Assembly (NCBI GenBank): GCA_039190745.1 | Contig: JBCCXZ010000006.1 | Location: forward strand, 1 to 64,000 | DNA: 64,000 nucleotides | Source: Planctomycetota bacterium | GTDB taxonomy: Bacteria > Planctomycetota > Planctomycetia > Pirellulales > Lacipirellulaceae | Reading direction: 5' to 3' | Part shown: in pieces, positions 38,171 through 47,698 of the stretch | Layout of the letters: every line of letters begins with the position of its first letter | Position numbering within the stretch: position 1 is the first letter of the stretch | Notes under the pieces: generated by a model | The model's input: only the letters and a program-made list of their open reading frames with translations | What the model was told of the DNA's origin: nothing | The model's database searches: none | Made by a program: the position numbers and the translations under genes

Positions 38171-39187
38171 CTAATTGGCGGCCACAGATTTAGGCACGTC
38201 TTTCAGTCGGACGACGTCCCACGCCAGGCCAACCTTCTCCATCACCCAGATAGCGCAGTAGGTAATGTCGAACTCCCACCAGCGGTGGCCTTGCCGGGCG
38301 ACACGCTGGTAGGCGTGGTGGTTGTTGTGCCAACCCTCGCCAAAGGCCAGCAGACCGACCCACCACAAGTTGCGGCTGTTGTCGGAGGTCTGGTAGTTCC
38401 GGTAGCCCCAGAGGTGCGTGGCTGAATTGACGAACCAAGTCACGTGCAGCACATAAACCATCCGCACGCCAAGGCCCCAGAGCACCATGGACCAGCCGGC
38501 GTAGTTGCTGCCAAGGCCCCACGACTCCGGGCCGAAGAAACCTACGGCGTAGAGCACGCCGGCCAAGATGAAGTGCGACGGCAGGAACATGTAATGGATG
38601 GCCACCATGACTTTGTCTTTCATGATGTCGGGCGCGTAACGCTCCAAAAGATCGGAGTGCCACCTGCGGCCAAAATCTGGCATGAACCAGAACATGTGGC
38701 TCCACCAGGGGCCGTGGACCGGCGAGTGCGGGTCGCCTTCGTGGTCGCTGTGGACGTGGTGCTTGCGGTGCTGGGCAACCCACGTGAGGGCCGAACCCTC
38801 GCCGGAAAGGCCGCCGAGCACAGCCAGGAACCAGCGGACCGGGCGGTAGGTCTGGAAACTGCCGTGCGTCAGGAGGCGGTGGTAGCCCATGCAGACGCCG
38901 AAGCTCCCGGTGGCGAACGAGAGGATCACGCAGGTCCAAAACGCCGGCCAGCTGAAATAGAACGGGGCGATCAACGCTAGGCAGTGGACCACGCCAATCC
39001 AGGCGACGATGGGCCAGTTGAAACCCAGCTCGCGGAAGGCTTCCGCGCCGTGCGGCACAGGTGCGAGTTCGTTGCGTTTCGGCTTGGGATCGGATTCCGG
39101 CGTCTGTCCGCTCTCGAGGACAACCGGGTTTTCAGAAATGGCCCGCCGCGCGGCGCGGTTGGGCTCTGTCGGGGTCACGCTGCTCAC
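38171..39187 (-). CDS. Delta-9-type acyl-lipid/acyl-CoA desaturase
   Basis: His boxes HRLLTH, HRKHH, GEGWHNNHH. Confidence 0.95.
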   Translation of the reverse strand: MSSVTPTEPNRAARRAISENPVVLESGQTPESDPKPKRNELAPVPHGAEAFRELGFNWPIVAWIGVVHCLALIAPFYFSWPAFWTCVILSFATGSFGVCMGYHRLLTHGSFQTYRPVRWFLAVLGGLSGEGSALTWVAQHRKHHVHSDHEGDPHSPVHGPWWSHMFWFMPDFGRRWHSDLLERYAPDIMKDKVMVAIHYMFLPSHFILAGVLYAVGFFGPESWGLGSNYAGWSMVLWGLGVRMVYVLHVTWFVNSATHLWGYRNYQTSDNSRNLWWVGLLAFGEGWHNNHHAYQRVARQGHRWWEFDITYCAIWVMEKVGLAWDVVRLKDVPKSVAAN

Positions 39188-39547
39188 GTTTTCTTCTCGC
39201 TATGATTCGGAACGGCCGCGGCGCTGTTCTGGTAAGCAACGCCGGAGGCTTCTTCAAGCGACCGCGGCGAGCCAACAGGAGGTAGACGCCGCGCGTCGCT
39301 CTGCTCTGTATCAGTGTCTTGGGCGCCGGTGGCCGGGAAGCCAAGTCTCAAAAGCCCAGGGACCAATCGTGTGGAGGGATGACCGAGAGGTAGGCCAAGG
39401 CGTTCACCTCGGTCGGCGGTTCCATGCCCGCCGCTGCGGACCAACGTATCCGTCCGCCTAGGCAGACTAGAATAGGAAATCTGGTGGTGGGATACTAGGT
39501 CGGAGGGCTTCCTGGAACCGTCTGCGGGCTAGCGGCGGTGGTGCCGC

Positions 39548-42055
39548 TCATTCTAGGGGGCCTTGGCCCAGGTAGGTTGTAGTCCGAATGCCTTCTCCGG
39601 CGACGGAGAACCTAATTGCTCCCGCCTCGGCAGTGTGGAGGACGGCCGCACCGTTGGCTCCGTAAGCCTCGCGCAGCAAAGCGGCCTCCGCTAGATTTCT
39701 AGGCCTCCGGCCGCTGATGACGACCCACTCGGGCCGGCACCATTGAGCAAACCCGGGGGGGTCGCTAGCGAGGCTGCCGTGGTGCGGGGCCAGCAAGACG
39801 TCGCAATCGATACTCTGGTCTGCCCGCAGCGCATCGATTCCTGCGTCTTCCAGGTCGCCTGGCAGCAGAATTTTCTTGCCGAGGAATTCGATCGAGAGCA
39901 CGACACTATTGGCGTTGTCGCGGCCACGGACGCCTGCCCGAGGCGGGTGCAACACCTCGACCGCCACACGTAGGTCGGCAAACCGAAGGCGGTCGTTCAC
40001 CCACACCTCGTGAAGCGGAATCCCGTGCCGATCGAGTACCGCCCGCAACCGGTTTGGGGCGGTCATCGCCCCGCCGGTGGCCCAGGGGTCGAACATGAGC
40101 GGTGAGACGTAGACCGCGTCGATCTGCACGCGCGTCGCGAGCCCCGGGACGGCGTTGTAGTGGTCGACGTCGGCGTGTGAGAGGACGACCGCATCGAGCC
40201 GAGTGATCCTGCGATGCCAGAGCACACGGGCGATGTCGTCGGCCGCGGCGTCGGGTGAGTTTAAGCTGCCGGCGTCATAGAGCAGTGTTTGGCCGCCCGG
40301 CATTTCTAGCAGCACGCAGGTGCCGTGGCCAACGGCTATGAAAGTGCAGTGCAGCTCGTCGTCGGCCGGAGCGGGCCGAGACGCAACCAGCCCGGCGGAA
40401 GCCCAGAGCACTGCGGCCGCGGCGGCCCACCGCCACCGCAGGCGCAAGGCCGGCACAACGGCCAGGAAGACCAAGCCCGCATAGTAGCCACAGACCCACC
40501 AAGCGTCGGGGCCGGGCGTGTAGGCGTGCGCTCCCCAACCGGCTGCGAACTCGACCGCACCGCGGACGACTGTGAGGACTAAGTCGCACAACGCACCGAG
40601 CAGCGATGCAAGCATGGGAACGGGCCAGCTCACCAAGCAGATCACCCCGCTGGCCATCAGTTCGAAGCAGACGAGCGTCCCCAGCAACGGCGAGAGCAAC
40701 AGCCCTGTGAAGGAGATGATGTGGAAGTGGTGCGCTACGAGCGGGGCGGCAACCAACCAAATCGTGCACGAGGCGGCCAGCAACTGGAGGAGCCTGGACG
40801 TGAGCGTCCGCAACCAGGTCTTCCAGGCGGGCTCATAGTCGCGAACAACCTCTTCGATCGGCGGAGCGGGCGGAATGCTCTGCTGTAACCTCGCCAGAGC
40901 GGCCAGGGAAGCGACCGAAACAAAGCTGAGTTGCGTTCCGCCTTGAAAGAGCTCCATCGGGCTGACTGTCAGGATCAAGAGGGCGGCCAGCGAAAGCGTA
41001 TTGAGCCCCGAGACGCGGCGGCCGCCGGCGTTGGCCACGACGACCGCGCTAATTAGCGCCGCAGCGCGCAGCACCGGCGGTCGGGCGCCAGTGAGCGCGA
41101 CGTAACCCGCCACGAACAGCAGCAGCGCGATCGCGATGACCCGCTGATCCTTCAGCACCAGCCCTAAGGCGCCGTTGACAAACCACGCGAGCACGCCGAT
41201 GTGCAAACCGGAGACCACCAGCAAATGGATCGTCCCGGTGTGCAGGAACGCCTCGACTTGCTCGCGGTCGATCCGCTCTCGCGTGCCTAGCAGGATCGCC
41301 GTGGAGAGGTCGCCGTGCTGGGGGCCGACGTGACGCATCAAACTCGCGACGCACCAGCGGTGGATCGCGCCCAGCGCGGCCGCGGGCGCGCCGGAGGTTG
41401 CGGGGCGATCCACATTGACGAGCTCCGTCGCGGAGCTGAACAGCTGTGCGTCGTAGCCGCGTGTCCGTGCGAAGCGTGACCAATCGAACCCGCCCGGGTT
41501 GGCCTGATTTTCCGCCCGCGTGAGTCTGCCCGTTACCACGACGCGGTCGCCGCTGTGGACCTCGGCCAGGTGGCCCTCGACGCGAGCACGAATACGACCC
41601 TGTACGGGACGCCATGCGTCGCGGTGCCGAATGCGCTCGGCTTTCATTTCGAAGGTGCTGCCGGGGCCTGTGGGTAGCGCGCGCATCGGTTCACGCGGCG
41701 GGGAGGGGCTCCAGCGGACCGGGCCGTGGACCACGCCCTCGACGCAAGCGGCTTCGGAGGCCTCGGAGGCGTACAAACCGATACCGTTGCGTGGAGCGTA
41801 GGCCTGCTGATCCAGGTGCCAGGCCCCGAACAGCGAGGCAACAGCCGCCAATAAACACGCTGCAGCGGACCGGTGGCGGCCCGCTGCCGAGAACGCTAAG
41901 TACGCCGAAAGGGCAGTGGAAGAAGCTACCAGCCAGTCGGCGGGAGAGAACCCGCTTGCTGCACCGTACCGATCGGCGAGGACGCCGGCGGCGGCGGCCA
42001 GCGCTACCGGAAGCAGCGGGCGGTACCGCGGAGCGACTAAGGGGGCTTCCAACAT
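39548..42055 (-). CDS. comEC: ComEC/Rec2 competence protein with MBL domain
   Basis: NPGGFD, HLLVVSGLH, QLSF, SHADVDH, PHHGS. Confidence 0.95.
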   Translation of the reverse strand: MLEAPLVAPRYRPLLPVALAAAAGVLADRYGAASGFSPADWLVASSTALSAYLAFSAAGRHRSAAACLLAAVASLFGAWHLDQQAYAPRNGIGLYASEASEAACVEGVVHGPVRWSPSPPREPMRALPTGPGSTFEMKAERIRHRDAWRPVQGRIRARVEGHLAEVHSGDRVVVTGRLTRAENQANPGGFDWSRFARTRGYDAQLFSSATELVNVDRPATSGAPAAALGAIHRWCVASLMRHVGPQHGDLSTAILLGTRERIDREQVEAFLHTGTIHLLVVSGLHIGVLAWFVNGALGLVLKDQRVIAIALLLFVAGYVALTGARPPVLRAAALISAVVVANAGGRRVSGLNTLSLAALLILTVSPMELFQGGTQLSFVSVASLAALARLQQSIPPAPPIEEVVRDYEPAWKTWLRTLTSRLLQLLAASCTIWLVAAPLVAHHFHIISFTGLLLSPLLGTLVCFELMASGVICLVSWPVPMLASLLGALCDLVLTVVRGAVEFAAGWGAHAYTPGPDAWWVCGYYAGLVFLAVVPALRLRWRWAAAAAVLWASAGLVASRPAPADDELHCTFIAVGHGTCVLLEMPGGQTLLYDAGSLNSPDAAADDIARVLWHRRITRLDAVVLSHADVDHYNAVPGLATRVQIDAVYVSPLMFDPWATGGAMTAPNRLRAVLDRHGIPLHEVWVNDRLRFADLRVAVEVLHPPRAGVRGRDNANSVVLSIEFLGKKILLPGDLEDAGIDALRADQSIDCDVLLAPHHGSLASDPPGFAQWCRPEWVVISGRRPRNLAEAALLREAYGANGAAVLHTAEAGAIRFSVAGEGIRTTTYLGQGPLE

Positions 42056-42242
42056 GCGTCGGGCTCGGGCGTGGCAGGCTGTGCCGCGAGTTTAGCCGAA
42101 CGGGGGCATCGTCGGAATCTTTGGCGGCGCCCGAAATCGCTGAGTCCGGTTGCCGGCCTCCCCCGCCTGCGGAACAATGACTGCCCCTCGTGCAACCAAG
42201 TTTTTGACTGCAACGGCCTTACCGCAACGGAGTGACCCAGGC

Positions 42243-44351
42243 ATGTTTGTACGCTTCTCTGCCAAGAATCTTGGCTTCTTCGCTTTGGCTTCCCTGGCGT
42301 GGCCGGTGTTCGCGGCCCACCCCGCGGCGGCCGGAGAAGGGGCCTCACGGGCCTTCCGCTTGGCGTCTTCTAACAACTCCAGTTCTTCGCAACCTACGGA
42401 GTCGAAATTGATCCCCCGCAGCGTCCTGTTTGGAAATCCGGAACGCGCTTCGGCACGCATCAGCCCCGACGGCAAGTGGCTGAGCTTCCTGGCCCCGGTC
42501 GACGGCATCCTGAACGTGTGGGTCGCCCCGGCGGAAGACCTCTCCGCGGCGAAGCCCATCACCGACGACAAAACCCGCGACATTCGATCGCACAGCTGGG
42601 CATTCACGTCGCGGCACGTGCTCTACACCCAAGACAAGGGCGGCGACGAGAATTGGCACGTGTACGCCACCGATGTCGAGTCCGGGAAGACGACCGACCT
42701 GACGCCGCTCGAGAAAGTGAACGCGCGTATCCAAGGGGTGAGTCACAAGTTCCCCGAAGAGATCTTGGTCGGGCTGAACGACCGGGTCCCGCAGCTGCAC
42801 GACGTTTACCGCGTGAACCTGTTGACCGCCGAGCGGGAACTGGTGATGCAGAACCCCGGCGTGGCGGCCCTCATTACCGACGACGACTTTGACGTGCGGT
42901 TCGCCTTCACGTTCACGCCCGAGGGCGGGCAGGCCCTGATGAAGCCAGGCGACGGGGAGGGAGCGTGGGAGCCGTTCGTCGCGGCCGGCCCCGAAGACGC
43001 CATGACGACGGGTCCCGCCGGCTTCGACAAAGAAGGCAAGACGCTCTACATGCTCGATAGCCGTGACCGGAACACGGGTGCGTTGTTCGCTATGGACATC
43101 GAGACGGGCGACGCGAAGCTGGTCGCCGAAGACGACCGCTGCGACGTCGGCGAGATGATGGTGCACCCGACCGAGAAGACTATCCAGGCGGTCGGCTTCA
43201 CGTACTCGCGGCGAGAGTGGCAGGTGCTCGACCCGTCGGTACAGGCAGACCTCGACTACCTCGCGACGGTCGAAGACGGAGAGGTTCTCATCACGAGCCG
43301 CACGCTCGACGACAGCAAGTGGACCGTGGCCTACGTGCTGGACAATGGGCCGCTGAAGTTCTACCTGTACGATCGCGGAGCGCGGGAGGCCCGGTACCTG
43401 TTCAGCGACCGGGACGACCTCACGGACTACGACCTGGTAAAGATGCGCACGCCGGTGATCCCTAGCCGGGACGGGTACTCACTGGTTTCGTACCTGTCTC
43501 TGCCGGCTGGATCGGACGCCGACGGCGACGGCAAGCCCGACGCGCCGCTGCCGATGGTGCTCGACGTGCACGGCGGCCCGTGGGCCCGGGACGGCTGGGG
43601 CTTCAATCCGTACCACCAGTGGCTCGCCAACCGGGGCTACGCCGTGTTGAGCGTCAACTACCGGGGCTCGACCGGATTCGGGAAGGAATTCGTCAACGCC
43701 GCCAACATGGAGTGGGCTGGAAAGATGCACGACGACCTAATTGACGCGGTCAACTGGGCCGTGGAGGAGGGCGTCGCGCAGCGTGACAAAGTCGCGATCA
43801 TGGGGGGCAGCTACGGCGGTTACGCCACGCTGGTGGGGCTCACTTTCACCCCCGAGGTGTTCGCCTGCGGGGTGGATATCGTCGGGCCCTCAAGCCTCGT
43901 GACGCTCTTGCAGAACGTGCCCGAGTACTGGATCCCCTTTATGCCGGTGATGAAGGTGCGGGTGGGCGACGTCGACACCGAGGAGGGGCGGGCGGAGCTC
44001 TTGAAGCGCTCGCCGCTCCAGTTGGTCGACAAGATCGTAAAGCCGCTCTTGATCGGCCAGGGGGCCAACGACCCCCGGGTAACGCAACTCGAGGCCGACC
44101 AGATCGTCGAAGCAATGCAGGCGCGCAGCATCCCGGTGACCTACGTGCTGTACCCGGACGAGGGGCACGGTTTCTCCGGCGAAGACAACCGGATGTCGTT
44201 CAACGCGGTGACCGAGGCGTTCCTGGCTGAGCACCTCGGCGGGCGCTACGAGCCGGTGGGTGAGGCATTCAAGGAAGCCAGCCTGCAAGTGCCGACCGGG
44301 GGCGATGAGGTTCCCGGTTTGGCTGAGGCACTGAAGGCGGTAGGGAAATAA
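42243..44351 (+). CDS. Secreted S9-family peptidase (dipeptidyl aminopeptidase-like)
   Basis: VHGGPW, NYRGSTGFG, GGSYGG, NDPRV, DEGHGF; signal peptide. Confidence 0.95.
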   Translation: MFVRFSAKNLGFFALASLAWPVFAAHPAAAGEGASRAFRLASSNNSSSSQPTESKLIPRSVLFGNPERASARISPDGKWLSFLAPVDGILNVWVAPAEDLSAAKPITDDKTRDIRSHSWAFTSRHVLYTQDKGGDENWHVYATDVESGKTTDLTPLEKVNARIQGVSHKFPEEILVGLNDRVPQLHDVYRVNLLTAERELVMQNPGVAALITDDDFDVRFAFTFTPEGGQALMKPGDGEGAWEPFVAAGPEDAMTTGPAGFDKEGKTLYMLDSRDRNTGALFAMDIETGDAKLVAEDDRCDVGEMMVHPTEKTIQAVGFTYSRREWQVLDPSVQADLDYLATVEDGEVLITSRTLDDSKWTVAYVLDNGPLKFYLYDRGAREARYLFSDRDDLTDYDLVKMRTPVIPSRDGYSLVSYLSLPAGSDADGDGKPDAPLPMVLDVHGGPWARDGWGFNPYHQWLANRGYAVLSVNYRGSTGFGKEFVNAANMEWAGKMHDDLIDAVNWAVEEGVAQRDKVAIMGGSYGGYATLVGLTFTPEVFACGVDIVGPSSLVTLLQNVPEYWIPFMPVMKVRVGDVDTEEGRAELLKRSPLQLVDKIVKPLLIGQGANDPRVTQLEADQIVEAMQARSIPVTYVLYPDEGHGFSGEDNRMSFNAVTEAFLAEHLGGRYEPVGEAFKEASLQVPTGGDEVPGLAEALKAVGK

Positions 44352-44381
44352 CCGAGGGTTTGTTTTCTTCCAACAGAAAGC

Positions 44382-44410
44382 TTGCCAAGACGCCGAGCCC
44401 AGTAAAGAAT
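44382..44410 (+). promoter_or_regulatory. Candidate sigma70 promoter TTGCCA-N17-AAGAAT for the aroF leader
   Basis: -35 at 44382-44387 and -10 at 44405-44410. Confidence 0.5.
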
Positions 44411-44419
44411 GCGAGAGTA

Positions 44420-44506
44420 ATGATAAGTCCCTCCAACAATTACCGGTTTAACTTTACTTGGTGCTACCTGTTTACGGGTAGCGGCCGGGCCGGAGGGTTT
44501 GTGTAG
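44420..44506 (+). CDS. Aromatic-amino-acid attenuator leader peptide MISPSNNYRFNFTWCYLFTGSGRAGGFV (28 aa)
   Basis: Hand translation; 6 aromatic codons (Y,F,F,W,Y,F) within 11 codons, followed by a terminator and DAHP synthase. Confidence 0.85.
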   Translation: MISPSNNYRFNFTWCYLFTGSGRAGGFV

Positions 44507-44533
44507 GCAGAGATTGCTCAGCACGAAGAACTC

Positions 44534-44572
44534 AAAGCCCCGGGCGCCCACGCGGCCCCCGGGGCTTTTTTT
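44534..44572 (+). terminator. Intrinsic terminator (attenuator) upstream of aroF
   Basis: aaagccccggg-loop-cccggggcttt with T7 run at 44566-44572, 75 nt before the aroF start. Confidence 0.9.
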
Positions 44573-44646
44573 GTTGATTTGAACTGTTCCGATACGCGGC
44601 GAGGCGCCAACCTCGACGCAACCGTGCCCCAAACAGGGAGAAAGCC

Positions 44647-45669
44647 GTGATTGTTGTGATGAAGACCACCGCGACCGAGGACGATATCGAGCACGCCATC
44701 GCCAACGTCGAGGCGATGGGCCTGAAGCCCAACCTGATCCAGGGGACCGAGCGGACCGTGATCGCCGCGGTTGGCGAGGAGCGGGTCGCCGGGATCGGCG
44801 CCCTGGAGAGTTCGCCGGGCGTCGACGAGGTGTTGCCGGTGGTCGCTCCCTACAAGCTGGCCAGCCGCGAAGTGAAGCCGGAAAGCACGACCGTGAAGGC
44901 CGGCAGCCTGTCGGTCGGCAACGGCACGATCGGCGTCATCGCCGGGCCGTGTTCGGTCGAAACCGAGCAGCAGATTGTCGACTCGGCCCACGCGGTCAAG
45001 AAGGCGGGCGCGACGGCGCTCCGCGGCGGGGCCTTCAAGCCCCGCACGAGCCCCTACAGCTTCCAGGGCCTGAAAGAAGAAGGCCTCAAACTGCTGGCCG
45101 AGGCCCGCGAGCAGACGGGGCTGGCCGTGGTCACCGAAGTGGTGTCGCCCGACGACGTGGAGTTGGTTTCTGAGTACGCCGACGTGTGCCAGATCGGCGC
45201 CCGGAACATGCAGAACTACCGGCTGCTGGAGGCGGTCGGCAAGAGCCCGTGCGCGGTGCTGCTCAAACGGGGCCCGAGCGCGACGGTCGACGAGTGGCTG
45301 CTGGCGGCCGAGTACGTCCTCGACGCGGGCAACCCGAATGTGATGCTCTGCGAACGCGGCATCCGCACGTTTGAGTCGCACACCCGGTTCACGCTGCCGC
45401 TCGCGACGGTGCCCTACGTGCAGGAGCGGACGCACCTGCCGGTGGTGATCGACCCCAGCCACGGGACGGGCCACACGAGCATGGTGCCGGCGATGTCGCG
45501 GGCCGCGGTGGCCGCGGGCGCCGACGGGCTGATCATCGAGGTGCACCCCAACCCCGAGAAGGCGATGAGCGACGGTTACCAGTCGCTCACGTTCGAGCAG
45601 TTCGCCGAGACGATGGCCGGCTGTGCGAAGGTGGCTGGGTCGGTCGATCGGAAATTGGGTTCGGAGTGA
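44647..45669 (+). CDS. aroF: DAHP synthase, type I-beta with N-terminal regulatory domain
   Basis: MIVVMK.., [36 protein letters not shown]. Confidence 0.97.
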   Translation: MIVVMKTTATEDDIEHAIANVEAMGLKPNLIQGTERTVIAAVGEERVAGIGALESSPGVDEVLPVVAPYKLASREVKPESTTVKAGSLSVGNGTIGVIAGPCSVETEQQIVDSAHAVKKAGATALRGGAFKPRTSPYSFQGLKEEGLKLLAEAREQTGLAVVTEVVSPDDVELVSEYADVCQIGARNMQNYRLLEAVGKSPCAVLLKRGPSATVDEWLLAAEYVLDAGNPNVMLCERGIRTFESHTRFTLPLATVPYVQERTHLPVVIDPSHGTGHTSMVPAMSRAAVAAGADGLIIEVHPNPEKAMSDGYQSLTFEQFAETMAGCAKVAGSVDRKLGSE

Positions 45670-45673
45670 GCGG

Positions 45674-47617
45674 CTAGAGCCGACCCCATGTCTGCCCGGC
45701 GAGCCATTGGCGGAGCGCGTCGTGCCCCGCAGCAGGGAGGCGTGCGATGAGTGTCGAGGTTGGCTCGTGGTACAGCACTTGGACGTCTTCCTGCGCGGCG
45801 TCTACCAGCAACCCGCTGCGGAGATCGTCGACGAAGCGTTTCACCGCACGCCTCACGGCATCGGCCGATACGGCGTCGACCGCATAAACGCGTGCGTCTG
45901 CCTGGGTCGTCGCCCGGGTTTGCGAGGTGATGCGCAGAGCGCCGGCGTCGGTCACGCCCCAGTAGAGCCCCAGCGGGTGGCAGACCGCGTCTATCGCTTG
46001 GCGCCAGGGTTCATCCAGGGCGTAGCAGCGGATCTGGCTGTCGGGCCAGAGCTGCTGCCCTGCGAGCGATGGCCAGTCGACAAACACGGGAAGTTCTAGT
46101 TTATCCGCCCAGTGGTCGAACACTTCGGCTAGCGGCGTGTACTGGGAGAGGGTGTAAGTAGTGGATTGGTCTAACCGGCCCTGTGCTTCGATCCGACCAG
46201 TGGTATCCAGCAGCTTGGCGGGGAACCGGGTGCGCGTCGGCAGCTTCGCCGCGAGACGCAACCGCTCTAGCAGCAGCAGCACGTCGTACTGAACGCGCTC
46301 AGACTGGGCGATCTTCAGCGTCGCCCCTTCGATTTCGACGGTGCCCCGTCCGCGGCGGGTGGTCCATGCGTCGGGCGCGATCACGGTCTGCAGCAGCCGT
46401 GCGAGCCGCTCGCAGGCCTCGGCGTCTGAGGCAATGTCGTCCACCGGGTAGTCGACCTCACGCCACAGGTCGGCGCCGACACGCTCAACGAGGATGTGCG
46501 GCCCCGAGGTGCGGGCCGTGAGTTTCATCGGCTTGAGGGCTTGGTCCAGGAGCTCGCCGACCGTGACCGATTCCCCGGCGGCGGCCACCGGCTGGTCGGG
46601 GCGGACGGCGGCATTGAGCAACTGGTCGGGATCGACAGTGATGACCGCTCCGCTTAGCGCCCCAGTGAGCCGCAGGAACTCGGCAAGCGGCATCCGCCGC
46701 GCTTCGAAGGCCGGCAGTTCGAACCGCAGCGCCTTCTCCGCCGAGACCGTGGCGAGCTCGGACAGTTCTTCGCTGAGCTGGACGACACGCGAGATTGCCA
46801 GCGGCTCTCCGAAATCTTCGAGCGCCGGGTCCACAAGCGGCTCCGGCTCTGCTTGTTCGCTTGGCTCGGTGCCGCGGCGGTTAACACCCGTGTCGAGCAA
46901 CGAGAGGTTCAGGCCCTCGGGGTCGAAGTCGAGCGGGTCGAACGCGGGCACCGCGGACGGTTGAGGCTGTTTGTCGCCCGGCTCGTGCGCCGCCTCGGGG
47001 GGCGACCCCATGGTCGGTCTTTGCGTCGACGAATCACTGACGGAGGCTTCTGCGTCGGCCGAGGTTTGTTTTGGCAGTGGCGGAAGGTCGGCCGTGATGT
47101 CGGCTTCCGGTTCGGGCGCCCGACCCGGCCGCTGTGGTTCTGCCTTTGCTGGAACATCGATCGACGGCTCGCTCGGAGGCTCGGGGCGTGACTCCGGCGC
47201 CGTTGCCGCAGGCTCCGCAACCGTCTCACGCCGCTCTAAAGCATCGACTACGTCCGGTTGCGTTGGGCGGAGCAGCCAAGCGCCGCCGATAAGCACTGCC
47301 GCCGCCGTAGAGGTCGAGGCCCAGGCCAGCCAGCGAAACCGATTCGAGGCAGGGAGTGCGGCCGGCGGTTCGATCGGCTCCGTAGGGATCGGCGGTTCAG
47401 CGGGGAGGTCCGGTTCGGCAACAGGCGGCTGAGGGGGGATGACGACGGTGGACCCTGTCACCGGCTCAGCCGCGACCGGCGGAACCGCCGGAGCGGGGGC
47501 CACGATCTCCACCATGTTGCCGCACCGCGGGCAAGCGACGATCTGGCCGATCAGCGACGCATTGCGCACCGCGAGCCGGGCCTTGCACGTGACGCAGGTG
47601 ATCTTGAAGCCGTCCAC
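45674..47617 (-). CDS. Zn-ribbon + TM + Pro-rich linker + STN/secretin-N-like repeats
   Basis: CVTC..CPRC N-terminus; one TM; MPLAEFLRLTG..LDQALKPMKL; YPVDDI..LQTVIAPDAW..LKIAQSERVQ. Confidence 0.75.
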   Translation of the reverse strand: MDGFKITCVTCKARLAVRNASLIGQIVACPRCGNMVEIVAPAPAVPPVAAEPVTGSTVVIPPQPPVAEPDLPAEPPIPTEPIEPPAALPASNRFRWLAWASTSTAAAVLIGGAWLLRPTQPDVVDALERRETVAEPAATAPESRPEPPSEPSIDVPAKAEPQRPGRAPEPEADITADLPPLPKQTSADAEASVSDSSTQRPTMGSPPEAAHEPGDKQPQPSAVPAFDPLDFDPEGLNLSLLDTGVNRRGTEPSEQAEPEPLVDPALEDFGEPLAISRVVQLSEELSELATVSAEKALRFELPAFEARRMPLAEFLRLTGALSGAVITVDPDQLLNAAVRPDQPVAAAGESVTVGELLDQALKPMKLTARTSGPHILVERVGADLWREVDYPVDDIASDAEACERLARLLQTVIAPDAWTTRRGRGTVEIEGATLKIAQSERVQYDVLLLLERLRLAAKLPTRTRFPAKLLDTTGRIEAQGRLDQSTTYTLSQYTPLAEVFDHWADKLELPVFVDWPSLAGQQLWPDSQIRCYALDEPWRQAIDAVCHPLGLYWGVTDAGALRITSQTRATTQADARVYAVDAVSADAVRRAVKRFVDDLRSGLLVDAAQEDVQVLYHEPTSTLIARLPAAGHDALRQWLAGQTWGRL

Positions 47618-47687
47618 GCGAGCGTCCCAGCGAGGGTGGCCGCGCCCGGAGCAGCGGGCGGCGGGTGGGGGTGTTCCGTATCCGGCA

Positions 47688-47693
47688 ATTATA
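47688..47693 (-). promoter_or_regulatory. Perfect TATAAT -10 upstream of the 47617 gene
   Basis: attata on the + strand, about 70 nt before the start. Confidence 0.5.
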
Positions 47694-47698
47694 GCGGA

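Noticed and set aside
39188..39547. 360-bp gap between comEC and the desaturase as a small gene or ncRNA
   Set aside because: No ORF with SD or coding bias, and no convincing structure.
44409..44420. Mini-ORF ATG CGA GAG TAA overlapping the leader ATG
   Set aside because: Its ATG overlaps the predicted -10 box, so it is probably not transcribed.
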